Shown: positions 20,722 to 36,400, numbered from the stretch's first letter. The stretch: DNA of 64,000 nt from Acidimicrobiia bacterium (GCA_036374335.1 DASUUC010000063.1:42811-106810), one strand, 5' to 3'. The notes: generated from the letters alone by a model not told the origin. A program made the numbers and translations.

Positions 20722-22047
20722 ATGCGAGACACCCGCCAAACCATCGTCCAGCTGCTGTCGAATGTCAGCGACGGCAAGGAGATCCACATCTATCTGCAGC
20801 GATTCTCCGAGCTCGATCAGACCCGCTTCGCGGTGATCAAGATCGGTGGGGCGATCCTCCGCGACCGTCTCGAGGAGACCGCTGCATCACTGGCGCTGCT
20901 GCACACGGTTGGCCTCACTCCGATCGTCATCCACGGTGGGGGTCCCCAACTCGACGACAGACTGGAGCGCGACGGCGTCACATCCGAGAAGGTCGACGGG
21001 CTCCGGGTCACCACCCCCGAGGTGCTCGACGCCGCCCGGCAGGTGTTCACCGAGCAGAACATCCGCCTGGTCGAGGCGATCCGTGCCCAGGGGGTCGACG
21101 CTCACGGGCTCACTCAGGGTGTCTTCGACGCAGAATTCGTGGACTCCGATCGCTACCGCCTCGTTGGGGAGCCGACCTCGGTCCATCTCGATCTCCTGCG
21201 GTCGATCATCAAATCGGGCGCAATCCCGATCCTCACCTGTCTCGGGGTGGCACCTGGTGGCCAACTGGTGAACATCAACGCCGACGCCGCCACCCGCATA
21301 CTCGTGCATGAGACGCGGCCGATGAAGATCATCTTCCTCGTCGACTCCGGCGGTTTACTCGATGTCGACGGCAACGTCATCGACTCGATCAACCTCGCCA
21401 CCGACTTCGACCAGCTGATGTCCGAGGACTGGGTTCATTCCGGGATGCGACTCAAGCTGAACGAGATCAAACGTCTCCTCGATGACGCTCCCCTCACGAC
21501 CTCGGTCTCCATCACATCACCGGCGGCCCTGGCCAGGGAGCTGTTCACCCACAGTGGTGCCGGAACACTCGTCCGCAAAGGGGAGCAGATCTCCAAGCTC
21601 ACCGACAAACGAGATGTCCAAGGAGAAAGGCTGGTGACTCTCATCGAGGGCGCCTTCGAGCAACGACTCCTGCCCGCCTGGTGGGACGGCATCGACCTGA
21701 TCGCGGCGTACATCTCCGAGAGCTACCGGGCCGCCGCGGTGGTCACCGAGCTGGATGAATTCGTCTACCTCGACAAATTCGCCATCGACGAGACCGCCCG
21801 AGGCGAAGGGCTGGCCCGCACCGTCTGGGATCACATGGTCAGGGACTTCCCCGATTTCGTCTGGCGATCTCGCTCAGACAATCAGTTCAACGCCTTCTAT
21901 GAGAAAGAGTCGGATGGCCGGGTGACGACCGGTCAGTGGACGATCTACTGGAAGGGAGTCACCGACTTCGACGTCGTCGGTCGCGCGGTGAAACTGTTGT
22001 CGGACATGGACGCATCATTCGTCAAGGGTGATGGCCATGACGGATAG
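20722..22047 (+). CDS. argB: Bifunctional N-acetylglutamate synthase/kinase (AAK domain + vertebrate-like NAT domain)
   Basis: Amino-acid-kinase N-domain (FAVIKIGGAIL..PIVIHGGGPQLD..NINADAA) plus a C-terminal acetyltransferase-like domain (YLDKFAIDETARGEGLARTVW..VWRSRSDNQFNAFY). ATG 20722 (or GTG 20713) lies just after the argF' stop. Confidence 0.8.
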   Translation: MRDTRQTIVQLLSNVSDGKEIHIYLQRFSELDQTRFAVIKIGGAILRDRLEETAASLALLHTVGLTPIVIHGGGPQLDDRLERDGVTSEKVDGLRVTTPEVLDAARQVFTEQNIRLVEAIRAQGVDAHGLTQGVFDAEFVDSDRYRLVGEPTSVHLDLLRSIIKSGAIPILTCLGVAPGGQLVNINADAATRILVHETRPMKIIFLVDSGGLLDVDGNVIDSINLATDFDQLMSEDWVHSGMRLKLNEIKRLLDDAPLTTSVSITSPAALARELFTHSGAGTLVRKGEQISKLTDKRDVQGERLVTLIEGAFEQRLLPAWWDGIDLIAAYISESYRAAAVVTELDEFVYLDKFAIDETARGEGLARTVWDHMVRDFPDFVWRSRSDNQFNAFYEKESDGRVTTGQWTIYWKGVTDFDVVGRAVKLLSDMDASFVKGDGHDG

Positions 22048-22960
22048 CTACCGAGTCGGCGTCATCGGGGCCCGCGGTCACACCGGTGCGGAACTGATGC
22101 GGATCCTCGGCAACCACCCCCATGTCGGGGTGACTCTCGCCGGCTCACGAGAGCTGGCCGGCCAGCCCGTTGTGTCGATCGATGGTCTCAGCTACGAATC
22201 GGTGGGCCCCGACGAGGTGGCCAACCGTGACCTGGATGCCCTGTTCCTGGCTCTTCCCGATGGTGTCGGAGGCCCATGGACCGAGGCTGTGCCCAGTGAG
22301 ACGGTGATAGTGGACATATCGGCTGATCACAGATTCGACGACGGATGGGTCTACGGCCTGCCCGAGTTGCACCGGGACAAGATCGCCGGTGCTCGGCGCA
22401 TCGCCAACCCCGGCTGCTACGCCACAGCCCTGCAGTTGGCGATTGCACCATTCTCAGACCGGATCGAAGGCAGCCCAACAGTGTTCGGCGTCTCCGGATA
22501 CTCCGGAGCGGGGACCACCCCATCACCGAGAAACGATCCGGACAACCTGCGGGACAACCTGATTCCTTACCGGCTCACCGGCCACAACCACGAGCGAGAG
22601 GGCATCCGTTACCTGGGCCATCAGGTCAGGTTCATGCCCCATGTCCATCCCGCCTTTCGCGGTCTCTTGGTCACGGCTCACATGCCGCTGGCCAAACCAA
22701 CCACCGTCGAAGCTGCGTTTGCCGAGCTGACGGAGGCGTATGGCAAGGAGCCCCTGGTCGACGTGCAAGAGGAGATTCCAACACTGAAAGACGGCACCGA
22801 GCTGATCGGTGTTCTCATCGGCGGAACCAGCGTGAGCGAAGATGGACTCGGGCTGACCGTGGTAGCCGTCGAAGACAACCTTCTCAAGGGCGCCGCCGTT
22901 CAGGCCGTCCAGAACCTGAACCTCGCACTCGGGGTGCCTGAGACGTCCGGAATCCTGTAG
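22028..22960 (+). CDS. argC: N-acetyl-gamma-glutamyl-phosphate reductase (short type)
   Basis: RVGVIGARGHTGAELMRIL, the catalytic Cys region IANPGCYATA, and a length of about 305-310 aa. Alternative starts lie at 22031 and 22037. It overlaps the preceding gene. Confidence 0.88.
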   Translation: MMAMTDSYRVGVIGARGHTGAELMRILGNHPHVGVTLAGSRELAGQPVVSIDGLSYESVGPDEVANRDLDALFLALPDGVGGPWTEAVPSETVIVDISADHRFDDGWVYGLPELHRDKIAGARRIANPGCYATALQLAIAPFSDRIEGSPTVFGVSGYSGAGTTPSPRNDPDNLRDNLIPYRLTGHNHEREGIRYLGHQVRFMPHVHPAFRGLLVTAHMPLAKPTTVEAAFAELTEAYGKEPLVDVQEEIPTLKDGTELIGVLIGGTSVSEDGLGLTVVAVEDNLLKGAAVQAVQNLNLALGVPETSGIL

Positions 22961-22973
22961 GACTCCCTCTCGA

Positions 22974-23483
22974 TCAGCGGACGATCCGGCCCAGAGCGGC
23001 GAAACGAAGCATGTGCGCCTGCCCGCTGTGCAACGCGTACTCGTCGATCATCTTGACCAGGGTGGCTCCCAGTGGTCGTCCGTGACCGAGCCCGGGTGAG
23101 TCCAGGGAGCCAAGAGCGGCGATGGCACCATCGGCCTTCTCGATTTCGGCGAAGTACAACCTGAGATCTTCCTCGACGGTGTCGACAGAGCCGCCGGCGT
23201 AATCGTCGTCGCCGTAGACCATCGATCTCTCCCCGCCGCCGAGACCCCAGGCGAGATAGACATGCTCCATCTGCTGCATGTGGCGCACCAGACCCAAGAC
23301 GGACAGCTCGACCGGGGGGATCGACCACTCGACCAGGCCTTCGGGGGTCAGGTCACGCAGCTTCCTCTGGAACTCATGGCGCTGGTAGTGGAGCCATCCC
23401 GTGAGCGTCGCCCGGAGGTCGATACTTGGCTCCGGCTCGTCCCATCTCGCGAAATCGAGCGAATCACGCAACTCAGGTGTCAT
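22974..23483 (-). CDS. DinB/DUF664-family (mycothiol-transferase-like) protein
   Basis: 169 aa with the pattern ..LTGWLHYQRHEFQRKLRDLTPEGL..LSVLGLVRHMQQMEHVYL.. and the C-terminal ..DEYALHSGQAHMLR, typical of DUF664/DinB_2 proteins. Confidence 0.7.
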   Translation of the reverse strand: MTPELRDSLDFARWDEPEPSIDLRATLTGWLHYQRHEFQRKLRDLTPEGLVEWSIPPVELSVLGLVRHMQQMEHVYLAWGLGGGERSMVYGDDDYAGGSVDTVEEDLRLYFAEIEKADGAIAALGSLDSPGLGHGRPLGATLVKMIDEYALHSGQAHMLRFAALGRIVR

Positions 23484-23518
23484 CTCAGGTTCGTAAACCC
23501 GAAGCTAGCTTGTCGCCG

Positions 23519-24829
23519 ATGACATACACGGCCGTCGAGCTGATCGAGTTGAAGCGTGATGGGAGACACCTGCCCGTCGACGGCATCGAGTGGCTGATCG
23601 GCTCCTACACCGACGGATCGGTGCCTGACTACCAGATGTCGGCAATGGCCATGGCCATCGTCTTCAACGGCCTCAATGCCGAAGAGCTCGCCGCGTGGAC
23701 CAAGGCGATGCTCCATTCCGGAGATGTGATGGAATTCTCCCACATCCCAGCGAGCAAGGTCGACAAGCACTCGACCGGCGGCGTGGGTGACAAGATCTCC
23801 ATCCCGCTCGCTCCCCTGGTGGCGGCGTGCGGGGTTGCCGTCCCTATGATGTCCGGACGTGGCCTTGGCCACACCGGTGGGACTCTCGACAAGCTGGAGT
23901 CGATCCCCGGTTTCATCACAGAATTGGATCCCGAACGTTTCACAGAGATCCTGACTAGTCACGGCCTGGTGCTCGCCGGCCAGTCTGCGACATTGGCTCC
24001 CGCAGACCAGAAGCTGTACGCACTCCGTGATGCCAGTGGCACCGTCCCATCGATCCCTCTCATCTCGAGCTCGATCATGTCCAAGAAGCTGGCGGAAGGT
24101 CTCGACGGGCTCCTTCTCGATGTGAAGACGGGCGCTGGGGCCCTGATGAAGGAGCTCGGCCAGTCCCGGGAGTTGGCGCGGACGATGGTTGGCATCGGGG
24201 AGTCATACGGTGTCAACACGATCGCCTTCATCACTTCGATGGAGCAGCCGTTGGGCAGCGAGGTGGGCAACGCCAACGAGATCAGAGAATCGATAGAGGT
24301 TCTTCGTGGCGAGGGGCCTGAAGATGTCACCGAGCTCACCAAGACATTTGCACGGGCCATGCTCATCCTGGGAGGAATCGACGGTGGCCGGGAACGACTG
24401 GATCAGGCAATCGAGTCGGGGGCCGCTCTCGACAAGTTCATCGAAGTCACGATCGCCCACGGTGGAGACCCCAAGGTGATCGAAGACCCGTCTTTGCTGG
24501 CCAGGGCTCCCCACGAGGCGGTGGTCGCGGCCCCATACGACGGATACGTGACCCGCTGCGATGCACTCACGATCGGATCGGCGGCGGTGAGACTCGGAGC
24601 GGGTCGGGCACAGAAGGACGACACCATCGACCCGGGCGTGGGGATCAGCGTCGTGGCCAAGCTAGGAGAGTCGGTGTCTGCCGGCGATCCGCTGGCAGTT
24701 GTCAGGTATGCCGATGAATCGCGGTGGGCGGGACAGAGACGTCATTTGGCATCCGCCTGGGAGATCTCCAATGAGTACGTCGAACCCCCGCCTCTCGTAA
24801 TCGAGCGCATCGAAGCGACAGCTTTTTGA
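23519..24829 (+). CDS. deoA: Thymidine (pyrimidine-nucleoside) phosphorylase
   Basis: It starts at MTYTAVELIELKRDG (ATG 23519). Motifs include KHSTGGVGDK and SGRGLGHTGGTLDKLESIPG. The 23426-23518 part of the tracked ORF is taken as an extension. Confidence 0.9.
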   Translation: MTYTAVELIELKRDGRHLPVDGIEWLIGSYTDGSVPDYQMSAMAMAIVFNGLNAEELAAWTKAMLHSGDVMEFSHIPASKVDKHSTGGVGDKISIPLAPLVAACGVAVPMMSGRGLGHTGGTLDKLESIPGFITELDPERFTEILTSHGLVLAGQSATLAPADQKLYALRDASGTVPSIPLISSSIMSKKLAEGLDGLLLDVKTGAGALMKELGQSRELARTMVGIGESYGVNTIAFITSMEQPLGSEVGNANEIRESIEVLRGEGPEDVTELTKTFARAMLILGGIDGGRERLDQAIESGAALDKFIEVTIAHGGDPKVIEDPSLLARAPHEAVVAAPYDGYVTRCDALTIGSAAVRLGAGRAQKDDTIDPGVGISVVAKLGESVSAGDPLAVVRYADESRWAGQRRHLASAWEISNEYVEPPPLVIERIEATAF

Positions 24830-24896
24830 GCGCATGCTCAATAGTGGTGGGTCTGGTTACCATCCCCCTCTCACTGATCACAAGGAGTAACCCGGT

Positions 24897-25655
24897 ATGA
24901 AGGTCGTTGTCTGCGTAAAGCAGATTCCTGACCCGGCCACCCCCTACACGCTCGAAGAGGGCACCAACTGGCTGGTGAGACCAGCCGAGCAGATCCTCGA
25001 CGACACCGACCGCTACGGGGTGGAGATGGGTCTTCAGCTAGCCCAGGCCAACGAGGGGACGGTCACCCTGGTGAGCATGGGCCCGATGGGCAATGCCCAG
25101 GGGATTCGCCAGGCGTTAGCGATGGGCGCCGACAAGGCGGTGATCATCGAAGACGACAGTCTGCGCGGGTCCGATGCCCTGACCACGGCCCGGGTGCTGG
25201 CGAAAGCCATCGCCAGCGAGGGTTTCGATCTGGTGATCGCAGGCACCGAGTCGACCGACGGTTACTCCGGGGTGGTGCCCCAGATGGTCGCAGAGTTGCT
25301 GGATGCCCCCGCGCTCACCTATGCCACCAATGTGGAGACCGACGGCAGTGATGTGACCATCCACCGTCAGACCGCCAACGGCTACGACGTGGTGTCCGCA
25401 TCTCTACCGGCCGTGGTGACGGTCACCGCAGGTGTGGTCGAGCCCCGCTACCCGACCTTCAAGGGGATCATGGACGCCAAGAAGAAGCCGATGGATACCG
25501 TCAGCCTCTCCGACGTCGGTGTGGAGCCCTCGGACGGTCAGACCGTGAAGTCGATCACCGAGGCGCCAGAGCGCTCCGCAGGACGCAAGATCGAGGACGA
25601 AGGTGAGGCGTTTGCCGAGATCGTCGCCCTCCTCGAGGAGAGGAAGGTGATCTGA
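24897..25655 (+). CDS. etfB: Electron transfer flavoprotein beta subunit
   Basis: MKVVVCVKQIPD.., with AAGGAG upstream and 252 aa. It is directly followed by etfA. Confidence 0.92.
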   Translation: MKVVVCVKQIPDPATPYTLEEGTNWLVRPAEQILDDTDRYGVEMGLQLAQANEGTVTLVSMGPMGNAQGIRQALAMGADKAVIIEDDSLRGSDALTTARVLAKAIASEGFDLVIAGTESTDGYSGVVPQMVAELLDAPALTYATNVETDGSDVTIHRQTANGYDVVSASLPAVVTVTAGVVEPRYPTFKGIMDAKKKPMDTVSLSDVGVEPSDGQTVKSITEAPERSAGRKIEDEGEAFAEIVALLEERKVI

Positions 25656-25656
25656 G

Positions 25657-26604
25657 ATGGCCAGCATCTGGGTTTTCGTCGAAGAGACCGATGGGGCGCC
25701 GTCGACCCTCGGGCTGGAGTTGCTCACCAAGGGCCGCGACCTCGGCGACATCACCGCGGTCTACCTCGGAGAGGGCAACGATGACGTCTTCGCAACCCTC
25801 GGCGACCACGGGGCATCCGCCCTCTTCCACGCCCACGCCGGTGATCGGCTCCCCTCCGCTCCTCTGGCCGCGGCACTCGCCGCAAGGGTGAGCGAGGAAC
25901 AGCCCGACCTGATCATGTTCGGCCAGGCATACACCGACCGAGATGTGGCGGGACGTCTCGCCGCCCGTCTCGGAGTCGGGGTCCTCTCCAACGCTTCTGA
26001 TATCCGGATCACCGACCAGGGCGTGGAAACTGATCACGAGATCTTCGGGGGCTCACAGGTCGCCACCGCCGCGATGAGCGGCGCTCCCCACATCGTCCTG
26101 GTCCGACCCAAGTCCTTCACCGCTGAACCATCTGGCGGCGAAGCACCCACGGTGACGATGCTCGACCTGCCCGATGTCGGCGCCTCCGAGGCGAAGGTGA
26201 CCGAGTCACACGTCGAGGAACGAGAGGGCCCCCAGCTCGGCGACGCCAAAGTGGTCGTCTCGGGAGGGCGTGGTCTCGGCTCGGCGGAGGCCTACGAGCT
26301 GATCGAGAAGGTGGCCAAGCCTCTCGGTGCCGCCAGCGGAGCCACCCGCGCCATCGTCGACGCCGGGTGGGTCCCCTATGCCAAGCAGGTGGGTCAGACC
26401 GGAAAGACCGTCAAGCCCGACATCTACATAGCGGCAGGCATCTCCGGTGCCATGCAGCACCTGGTCGGGATGAAGGACTCGGGAATCATCATCGCCATCA
26501 ACAAGGACCCGGATGCCCCGATCTTCTCGGTCGCCGATCTCGGCATCGTCGGAGACGTTCACAAGGTCCTCCCTCAACTGATCGAGGCGCTGGAGAGCCG
26601 CTGA
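25657..26604 (+). CDS. etfA: Electron transfer flavoprotein alpha subunit
   Basis: C-terminal FAD-binding region ([20 protein letters not shown]....QVGQTGK.V.P.LYIA.GISGA.QH..G). Confidence 0.92.
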   Translation: MASIWVFVEETDGAPSTLGLELLTKGRDLGDITAVYLGEGNDDVFATLGDHGASALFHAHAGDRLPSAPLAAALAARVSEEQPDLIMFGQAYTDRDVAGRLAARLGVGVLSNASDIRITDQGVETDHEIFGGSQVATAAMSGAPHIVLVRPKSFTAEPSGGEAPTVTMLDLPDVGASEAKVTESHVEEREGPQLGDAKVVVSGGRGLGSAEAYELIEKVAKPLGAASGATRAIVDAGWVPYAKQVGQTGKTVKPDIYIAAGISGAMQHLVGMKDSGIIIAINKDPDAPIFSVADLGIVGDVHKVLPQLIEALESR

Positions 26605-26615
26605 TCCCGATGTGC

Positions 26616-30989
<4,374 letters not shown>

Positions 30990-31052
30990 GTCGCTCCGGG
31001 AGGGAACCCCGGATAATAGGGCCGGATCCCCGATCCCCGAGATTCGATCTCG

Positions 31053-31583
31053 CTAGTGAGGAGTCGAGCCCGTCTGCTCGAACATCTTCTCCCCGGCCTC
31101 GATGGGCACCTGCAGCCAGTTCTCGATCGGCGGGATCGGGCAGGAGTAGCCGTCGCTGTATACACATGACGGGTTGTAGGCCATGTTGAAGTCGATGGTC
31201 ACGGTCCCGTCGTCGTCGGACTCGATGTCGAGATAGCGGCCGGCGCCGTATGTCGCCTTCCCGGATGTCTTGTCACGGAAGGGGATGAAGTACCCGGGAT
31301 GGCCGCTGTCATACAGCGTCAGCTCGGCGGGCTCACCACCTACCTCGAACCGGACCTTCCCCGCTCTGCGATAGGTCTTGACCCTGTTGTCGGAGGTCTC
31401 GAAGGAGATCTCCGAGCCGTCCCCGGGATCGACGGTCAATGTGAAGACCAGGTCGGGATTGGGCTCGTAGTAGTCGAGACCTTCGAACCCATGACGATCG
31501 GCGTGGGCCAACGGGGAGTCGTGGCTGGTGCGGAAGAACTCGTCTTTGTTGTGTCTGTAGTCCAGGAGCTGGGCTGTGTCCAT
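31053..31583 (-). CDS. DUF1684-family protein
   Basis: It starts at MDTAQLLDYRH (ATG 31583). The C-terminal motif AYNPSCVYSDGYSCPIPPIENWLQVPIEAGEK is typical of DUF1684. Confidence 0.75.
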   Translation of the reverse strand: MDTAQLLDYRHNKDEFFRTSHDSPLAHADRHGFEGLDYYEPNPDLVFTLTVDPGDGSEISFETSDNRVKTYRRAGKVRFEVGGEPAELTLYDSGHPGYFIPFRDKTSGKATYGAGRYLDIESDDDGTVTIDFNMAYNPSCVYSDGYSCPIPPIENWLQVPIEAGEKMFEQTGSTPH

Positions 31584-31650
31584 GCTCGTGGCAACGGCGC
31601 CCGGTGATGTGAGATTCCCGAGGAGCGCCACGCCGTGCATAATCCCCCGC

Positions 31651-32082
31651 ATGGCCGGTGACAGCGGAACCCCGCTTGCCGAGAAGCTCGGCATCAAAGA
31701 GGGAATGGCAGTCAGCATCTTCAATGCGCCCAACTACTTCGAGTTGGATCTGGGTGAGCTACCCGACGACGTCGAGGTCTACCGGGACGCAGACGACGCA
31801 CCAGCCGATCTCTACCTGATCTTCGCCGATCGCTCTGACGAGGCTCAGCGCGGATTCGAACGTGCCGTGACTCAGCTCCCCCCGGATGGGGCTATCTGGT
31901 TCGCATGGCCGAAGAAGTCCTCCGACCGGGCCAGCGACATCACCGAAGACACTCTCAGAGAGCTGTTCCTGCCCACGGGGATGGTGGACAACAAGGTCTG
32001 CGCCATCGACGACACGTGGTCGGGTCTGCGCTTCGTCGTCCGCAAGGAGAACCGGGCCGACTGGCCCCCGGATCTCGAGTAG
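31651..32082 (+). CDS. DUF3052-family protein
   Basis: MAGDSGTPLAEKLGIKEGM..IWFAWPKKSS..TEDTLRE..GMVDNKVCAIDDTWSGLRFVVRKENR matches the recalled DUF3052 pattern. Confidence 0.7.
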   Translation: MAGDSGTPLAEKLGIKEGMAVSIFNAPNYFELDLGELPDDVEVYRDADDAPADLYLIFADRSDEAQRGFERAVTQLPPDGAIWFAWPKKSSDRASDITEDTLRELFLPTGMVDNKVCAIDDTWSGLRFVVRKENRADWPPDLE

Positions 32083-32085
32083 CAG

Positions 32086-32475
32086 CTAGAGATCGAACCG
32101 GTAGGGCAGCAACTCGTCGAGGGTGTGCTCCCGCACTTCCGATCCCTCACCCGCGGTCACGATTACCCGTCCGACATCGAACTCGGACATGATCTGGCGG
32201 CACTTCCCACACGGATACGCGCCGTCGGTGTCATCGGCGTCGATGCATGCAACAGCGACGATCTCGAGGTCCCGCACCCCGTGAGAGACGCCGGCTGCCA
32301 CCGCGTTGGCCTCGGCACACGAACCGGAGGGGTAGGCGGCGTTCTCGACGTTGGCCGCCGTGAAGACCTCACCATTCGAGCCGACGACGACGGCACCGAC
32401 CCGGAACCCTGAGTAGGGCGAATAAGAGCCTTCGGCTGCCGCTCGAGCCGCTTCTGCCAACTCATTCGAATCCAT
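32086..32475 (-). CDS. cdd: Cytidine deaminase
   Basis: 129 aa with zinc ligand motifs CAEANAV and PCGKCRQ. Confidence 0.9.
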   Translation of the reverse strand: MDSNELAEAARAAAEGSYSPYSGFRVGAVVVGSNGEVFTAANVENAAYPSGSCAEANAVAAGVSHGVRDLEIVAVACIDADDTDGAYPCGKCRQIMSEFDVGRVIVTAGEGSEVREHTLDELLPYRFDL

Positions 32476-32478
32476 CGC

Positions 32479-33441
32479 TCACTCCATCAACGAATCGACG
32501 AAAGCATCTGGATCGAAGGCGACGAGGTCGTCGAGACTCTCACCTGTCCCGACGAGTTTCACCGGGACATCGAGAGTCCGCTCGATCGCGATCACGATGC
32601 CTCCTTTGGCGGTCCCGTCCAATTTGGTGAGGACGATGCCGCTGATCGGGATCGCATTGGAGAATTCGCGCACCTGAGCCAGCCCATTCTGCCCGGCAGT
32701 GGCATCGAGCACCAAGAGCACCTCGCTGACCTCATCACCGCCGGCGACCCTATAGATCTTCTGCAACTCGGCCATCAGGTTTTTCTTGCCGTGAAGACGA
32801 CCGGCAGTGTCGATGATCACCACGTCCATCCCTTTTGCCCGTGCCGACTCGAGCGTGTCGTAGACCACCGCCGCCGGATCACCTCCCTCCTGACCACGCA
32901 CCACCTGAGAGCCCACCCGGTCTCCCCAGGTCTGCAGCTGGTCACCGGCCGCCGCCCGGAAGGTGTCGGCCGCACCCAGAGTGACCGTCTTGCCCGAATC
33001 CTGGAAGCGCTTGGCGAGCTTGGCGATCGTGGTGGTCTTCCCGGTCCCGTTCACCCCGACAATGACGATGGATGCTGGTGATCCTGTGAGAATCAGACTT
33101 CGGTCAGCTTCGACGAGCTCGGCTCGCAGCGCATTGCGAATGGCGGTTCTCGCCTCGTCCACGGATTCGGGGCGGGACTGCCTGACCGAGGACACGATGT
33201 CGCTTGTTGCTTCGACTCCGACATCGGCTGCCAGGAGAGCCGCCTCGATCTCATCCCAGGTTGCATCGTCGAGACCCGAGGCCAGGGCACGGCGAATCGC
33301 AGAGCCCAGAACCGACCTGATGGGCGGTGCCGCCGGGGTGGTGTCCTCAACCGGGTGGGTCGAACTCCGTTGCCAGAGCACGAGACCCACGATGAGGGCA
33401 ACGACCACCACAGCCACGATGATCAGAAGTGGTCCATCCAT
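32479..33441 (-). CDS. ftsY: Signal recognition particle receptor FtsY
   Basis: N-terminal TM segment and an SRP GTPase domain (GVNGTGKTTTIAKLA, DTAGR, TKLDGTAKGG). Confidence 0.95.
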   Translation of the reverse strand: MDGPLLIIVAVVVVALIVGLVLWQRSSTHPVEDTTPAAPPIRSVLGSAIRRALASGLDDATWDEIEAALLAADVGVEATSDIVSSVRQSRPESVDEARTAIRNALRAELVEADRSLILTGSPASIVIVGVNGTGKTTTIAKLAKRFQDSGKTVTLGAADTFRAAAGDQLQTWGDRVGSQVVRGQEGGDPAAVVYDTLESARAKGMDVVIIDTAGRLHGKKNLMAELQKIYRVAGGDEVSEVLLVLDATAGQNGLAQVREFSNAIPISGIVLTKLDGTAKGGIVIAIERTLDVPVKLVGTGESLDDLVAFDPDAFVDSLME

Positions 33442-33453
33442 TACGGGTCGAAG

Positions 33454-36400
33454 CTAGGCGACCTGATCGGAAGCAAATGCCTGGCGCATGTCCTTGCGGA
33501 CGGCTTGTGATGACCCACCCGGTTCCATGGTCACTCCATAGAGGACATCGGCAGCTCCCATCGTCTGCTGCTGGTGGGTCACGATGATGAGCTGAGCGCG
33601 TTCTCGAAACTCATCGACGATCCGGAGGAAACGGCGCAGGTTGGCGTCGTCGAGAGCCGCTTCCACCTCGTCGAGGACATAGAAAGGGCTCGGTCTGGCC
33701 TCAAACACGGCGAAGAGAAAGGCGAGAGCGGCCAGGCTGCGCTCGCCTCCCGACAGGAGCGTCATCTGTGAGACCTTCTTGCCGAGTGGCTGGGCATCGA
33801 TGACGACGCCTGACTGCGGGTCCTCGGAGTCCATCAACCTGATCGTGCCCCGTCCGCCGGGGAACAACACCTCGAAATACTTCTCATAAGCCTCTGCGAC
33901 TTCGCCGAAGGCAGTGTCGAATCGGTTCTGGATCTCGGTCTCCAGAGCGGAGATGACCTTGCGCAACTCGAACCGCGAGCTCTCCACGTCTGCCATCTGC
34001 TCGGAGAGGAAGGTGTGACGTTCTTCGAGGTCTCGATACTCCCGCGCCGCGAGAGGGTTGATCGGGCCGAGACGACGCAACCGTGTCACCAGCCCCTCCA
34101 TGAGCTCCTCGAGATCAGCATCCTCGGGAAGATCGGGACGAGACGCGCCCATGGCTTCTTCGAGGTCGGCGTCGGCGTCACGGCTTATGGATTCGATCAC
34201 CGACTCCTTCCTCATGCGGAGCTCGGTCAAACGAACGTCGATTTCCCCGATGCGGCTCCTGGCGCCGGCGAGACGCTCGCTTCGTGCCTGATGCTCCCGA
34301 CGCACGGCGTCCAGCTCGGAGCGCACCGTTTCGTTGCGTTCGCGGAAACCGGCCTGACGGTCCCGCAGTTCGTTGAGCCGTGAGTCCAGGATGGTCACCG
34401 CCCGACGGGCATGATCTCCGATCGCCTCCAGGCGGCCCGGATCGGTGTTGTCGACCCAGCCGAGATCGAGCCGGCCGAGCTCGTCGATGATTCGCTGTCG
34501 ACGGTCGGCGAGCAGCTTCTGGCGTTCGTCCACGGCGCGCAGCGCCGTGGCGGCCTCCTGCCACTCCGACCTCGCCGACTCCCGGTCGGCAGCCAGTTGG
34601 GCTCGACGCCCTTCCAGCTCTTCCCACATGGCGAGACGCTCCGACTCCTCGCCTTCCAGGGCGGAGAGACGGGCACGCAAAGTCTCGACCTGCTGATGGC
34701 CCACCGTCAAGGACTCATCCAGCGAGACCCGACGCTCATCGAGACGGGACCTCTCTTCGGCGAGACCCCGTACCGAGGCCTGGAGGCGATGCATGGCCTC
34801 GGACAGCCCGGCCAGGGCACTCTCCGCCTGCTCGAGGGTCTCGAGAGCGCCTCGCTCGGTCTGTCTCGTGTTCTCGAAGTCACGCTTGGCGGCTGTGTGC
34901 AACGACTCGGCCCGGGCCAGCGCGGTGGAGGCCTGCTCGCCGGCAACCTCAGCAGCTTCCAGCATGGCCGACCCGACTCCATCGGGGTCGGCGATACGGA
35001 CCCCTGAGACCGCGATCAGGTCCCCTTCGGGCGTGACGGCTCGTAGTGCCGGGTGCTTGGCGATGAGCGCCCACCCGGCGCCCCAGCCCTCGACCAGCAC
35101 CACGTCACCGAGGAGACGACTGGCCAAGCCGTGGTGACGGCGAGATCCCAGACGGCTGATCAGGGCTTCGAGACCCAACGCTTCGGCCACCTCTGTGGCA
35201 GGGCAGGCCGTCTCGGACACCGACGACACCACCGAAACCGATCCCCCTCCGCTTCCTTTGACCTTCTCGACCGCCTGATGAACGGACTCAGCGTCCTCGA
35301 AGGCAACCGCATCGGCCCACCCTCCCAGCGCTGCGCTCACTGCCGCTTCGAGACCGTCGGGTATGTCGAGTTGAGATGTGAGCGAGCCGAGGGTCCCCGG
35401 CGCCGACTCGGCCGTCTCATGGGCTCCGGCATCGAAACGCGCCTCTAGCGCAGCGGAAATGGCCTCGACCCGGGCATTGGCGGAGGCCACCTCGATGCGG
35501 GCCCCGTCGAGTGTCTCCTCTGCTTGGGACCAACGTTGCTGGGTCATGTTGCGCTTGCTCGACGCCGACTCGTAGGCCTGCTGCAAGCCGCCGATCGAAG
35601 AATCCATGGCCTGGATCTCGACGTTGATCCGGTCGATCTCCTGCTGTTCTTCATCGATCTGTGATCCCAGGACGTCGATACGGTGGACGACCTTTTCCAT
35701 TTCCCTTTCGTCCCGCGAAATCGAAGACTCGAGCGCGCTCAGCTCGCCTCGCACCGCGGCGAGAGCACCTTCGGGAGACAGCGAATTCTGGGTGGCGATG
35801 GCCCGTTCCTCGTCTTCGAAGCGGCGGAAAGCCGACTCAGCCGACGTGGCCACGATCTCGGCCTGCTTGTGCTCTGCCTCGATCGCAGCCAGCTCTGAGC
35901 CGATCGCAGTCGACTCTGCCTCGAGGTCGCTGCGTCGTTCCGCCGCAGCCTCGCGTCGACCTGATAGAGCCCGGCCCCTCTCCTGAGCCACCGAGGCGAC
36001 GCGGCGGAGACGCTCGGCCGTCGTCTCCAGCATCGCGGCGGCCGAGGTGTCCCGGTCGAGCTCGGCTCCTACGGTTGCTGCGGTTTCGGTCAGGTGCTGA
36101 AGCCGGTCCGAGAGCTCTTGGAGACGCTTCTGGTCGACTTCGATGCCCTCGGTGAGAATCGACTTCTCCGAAACGGCCATCGTCAGGTTGCGGTCGATCC
36201 TGGCGAGGTCCTGGCCGGCGAGATAGAGGCGAAGTGCGGTCACCTGTGACTTGAGCCCGTCGTAGCGCTCGGCGGCCTTGGCCTGACGTCGAAGTGGTCG
36301 CATCTGCCGGTTGATCTCACCGAGCAGATCCCGGAGACGGACCATGTCATCATCGGTGCGTTCCAGTCGTCGTTCGGAGCGCTCCTTTCGACGTCGGTGC

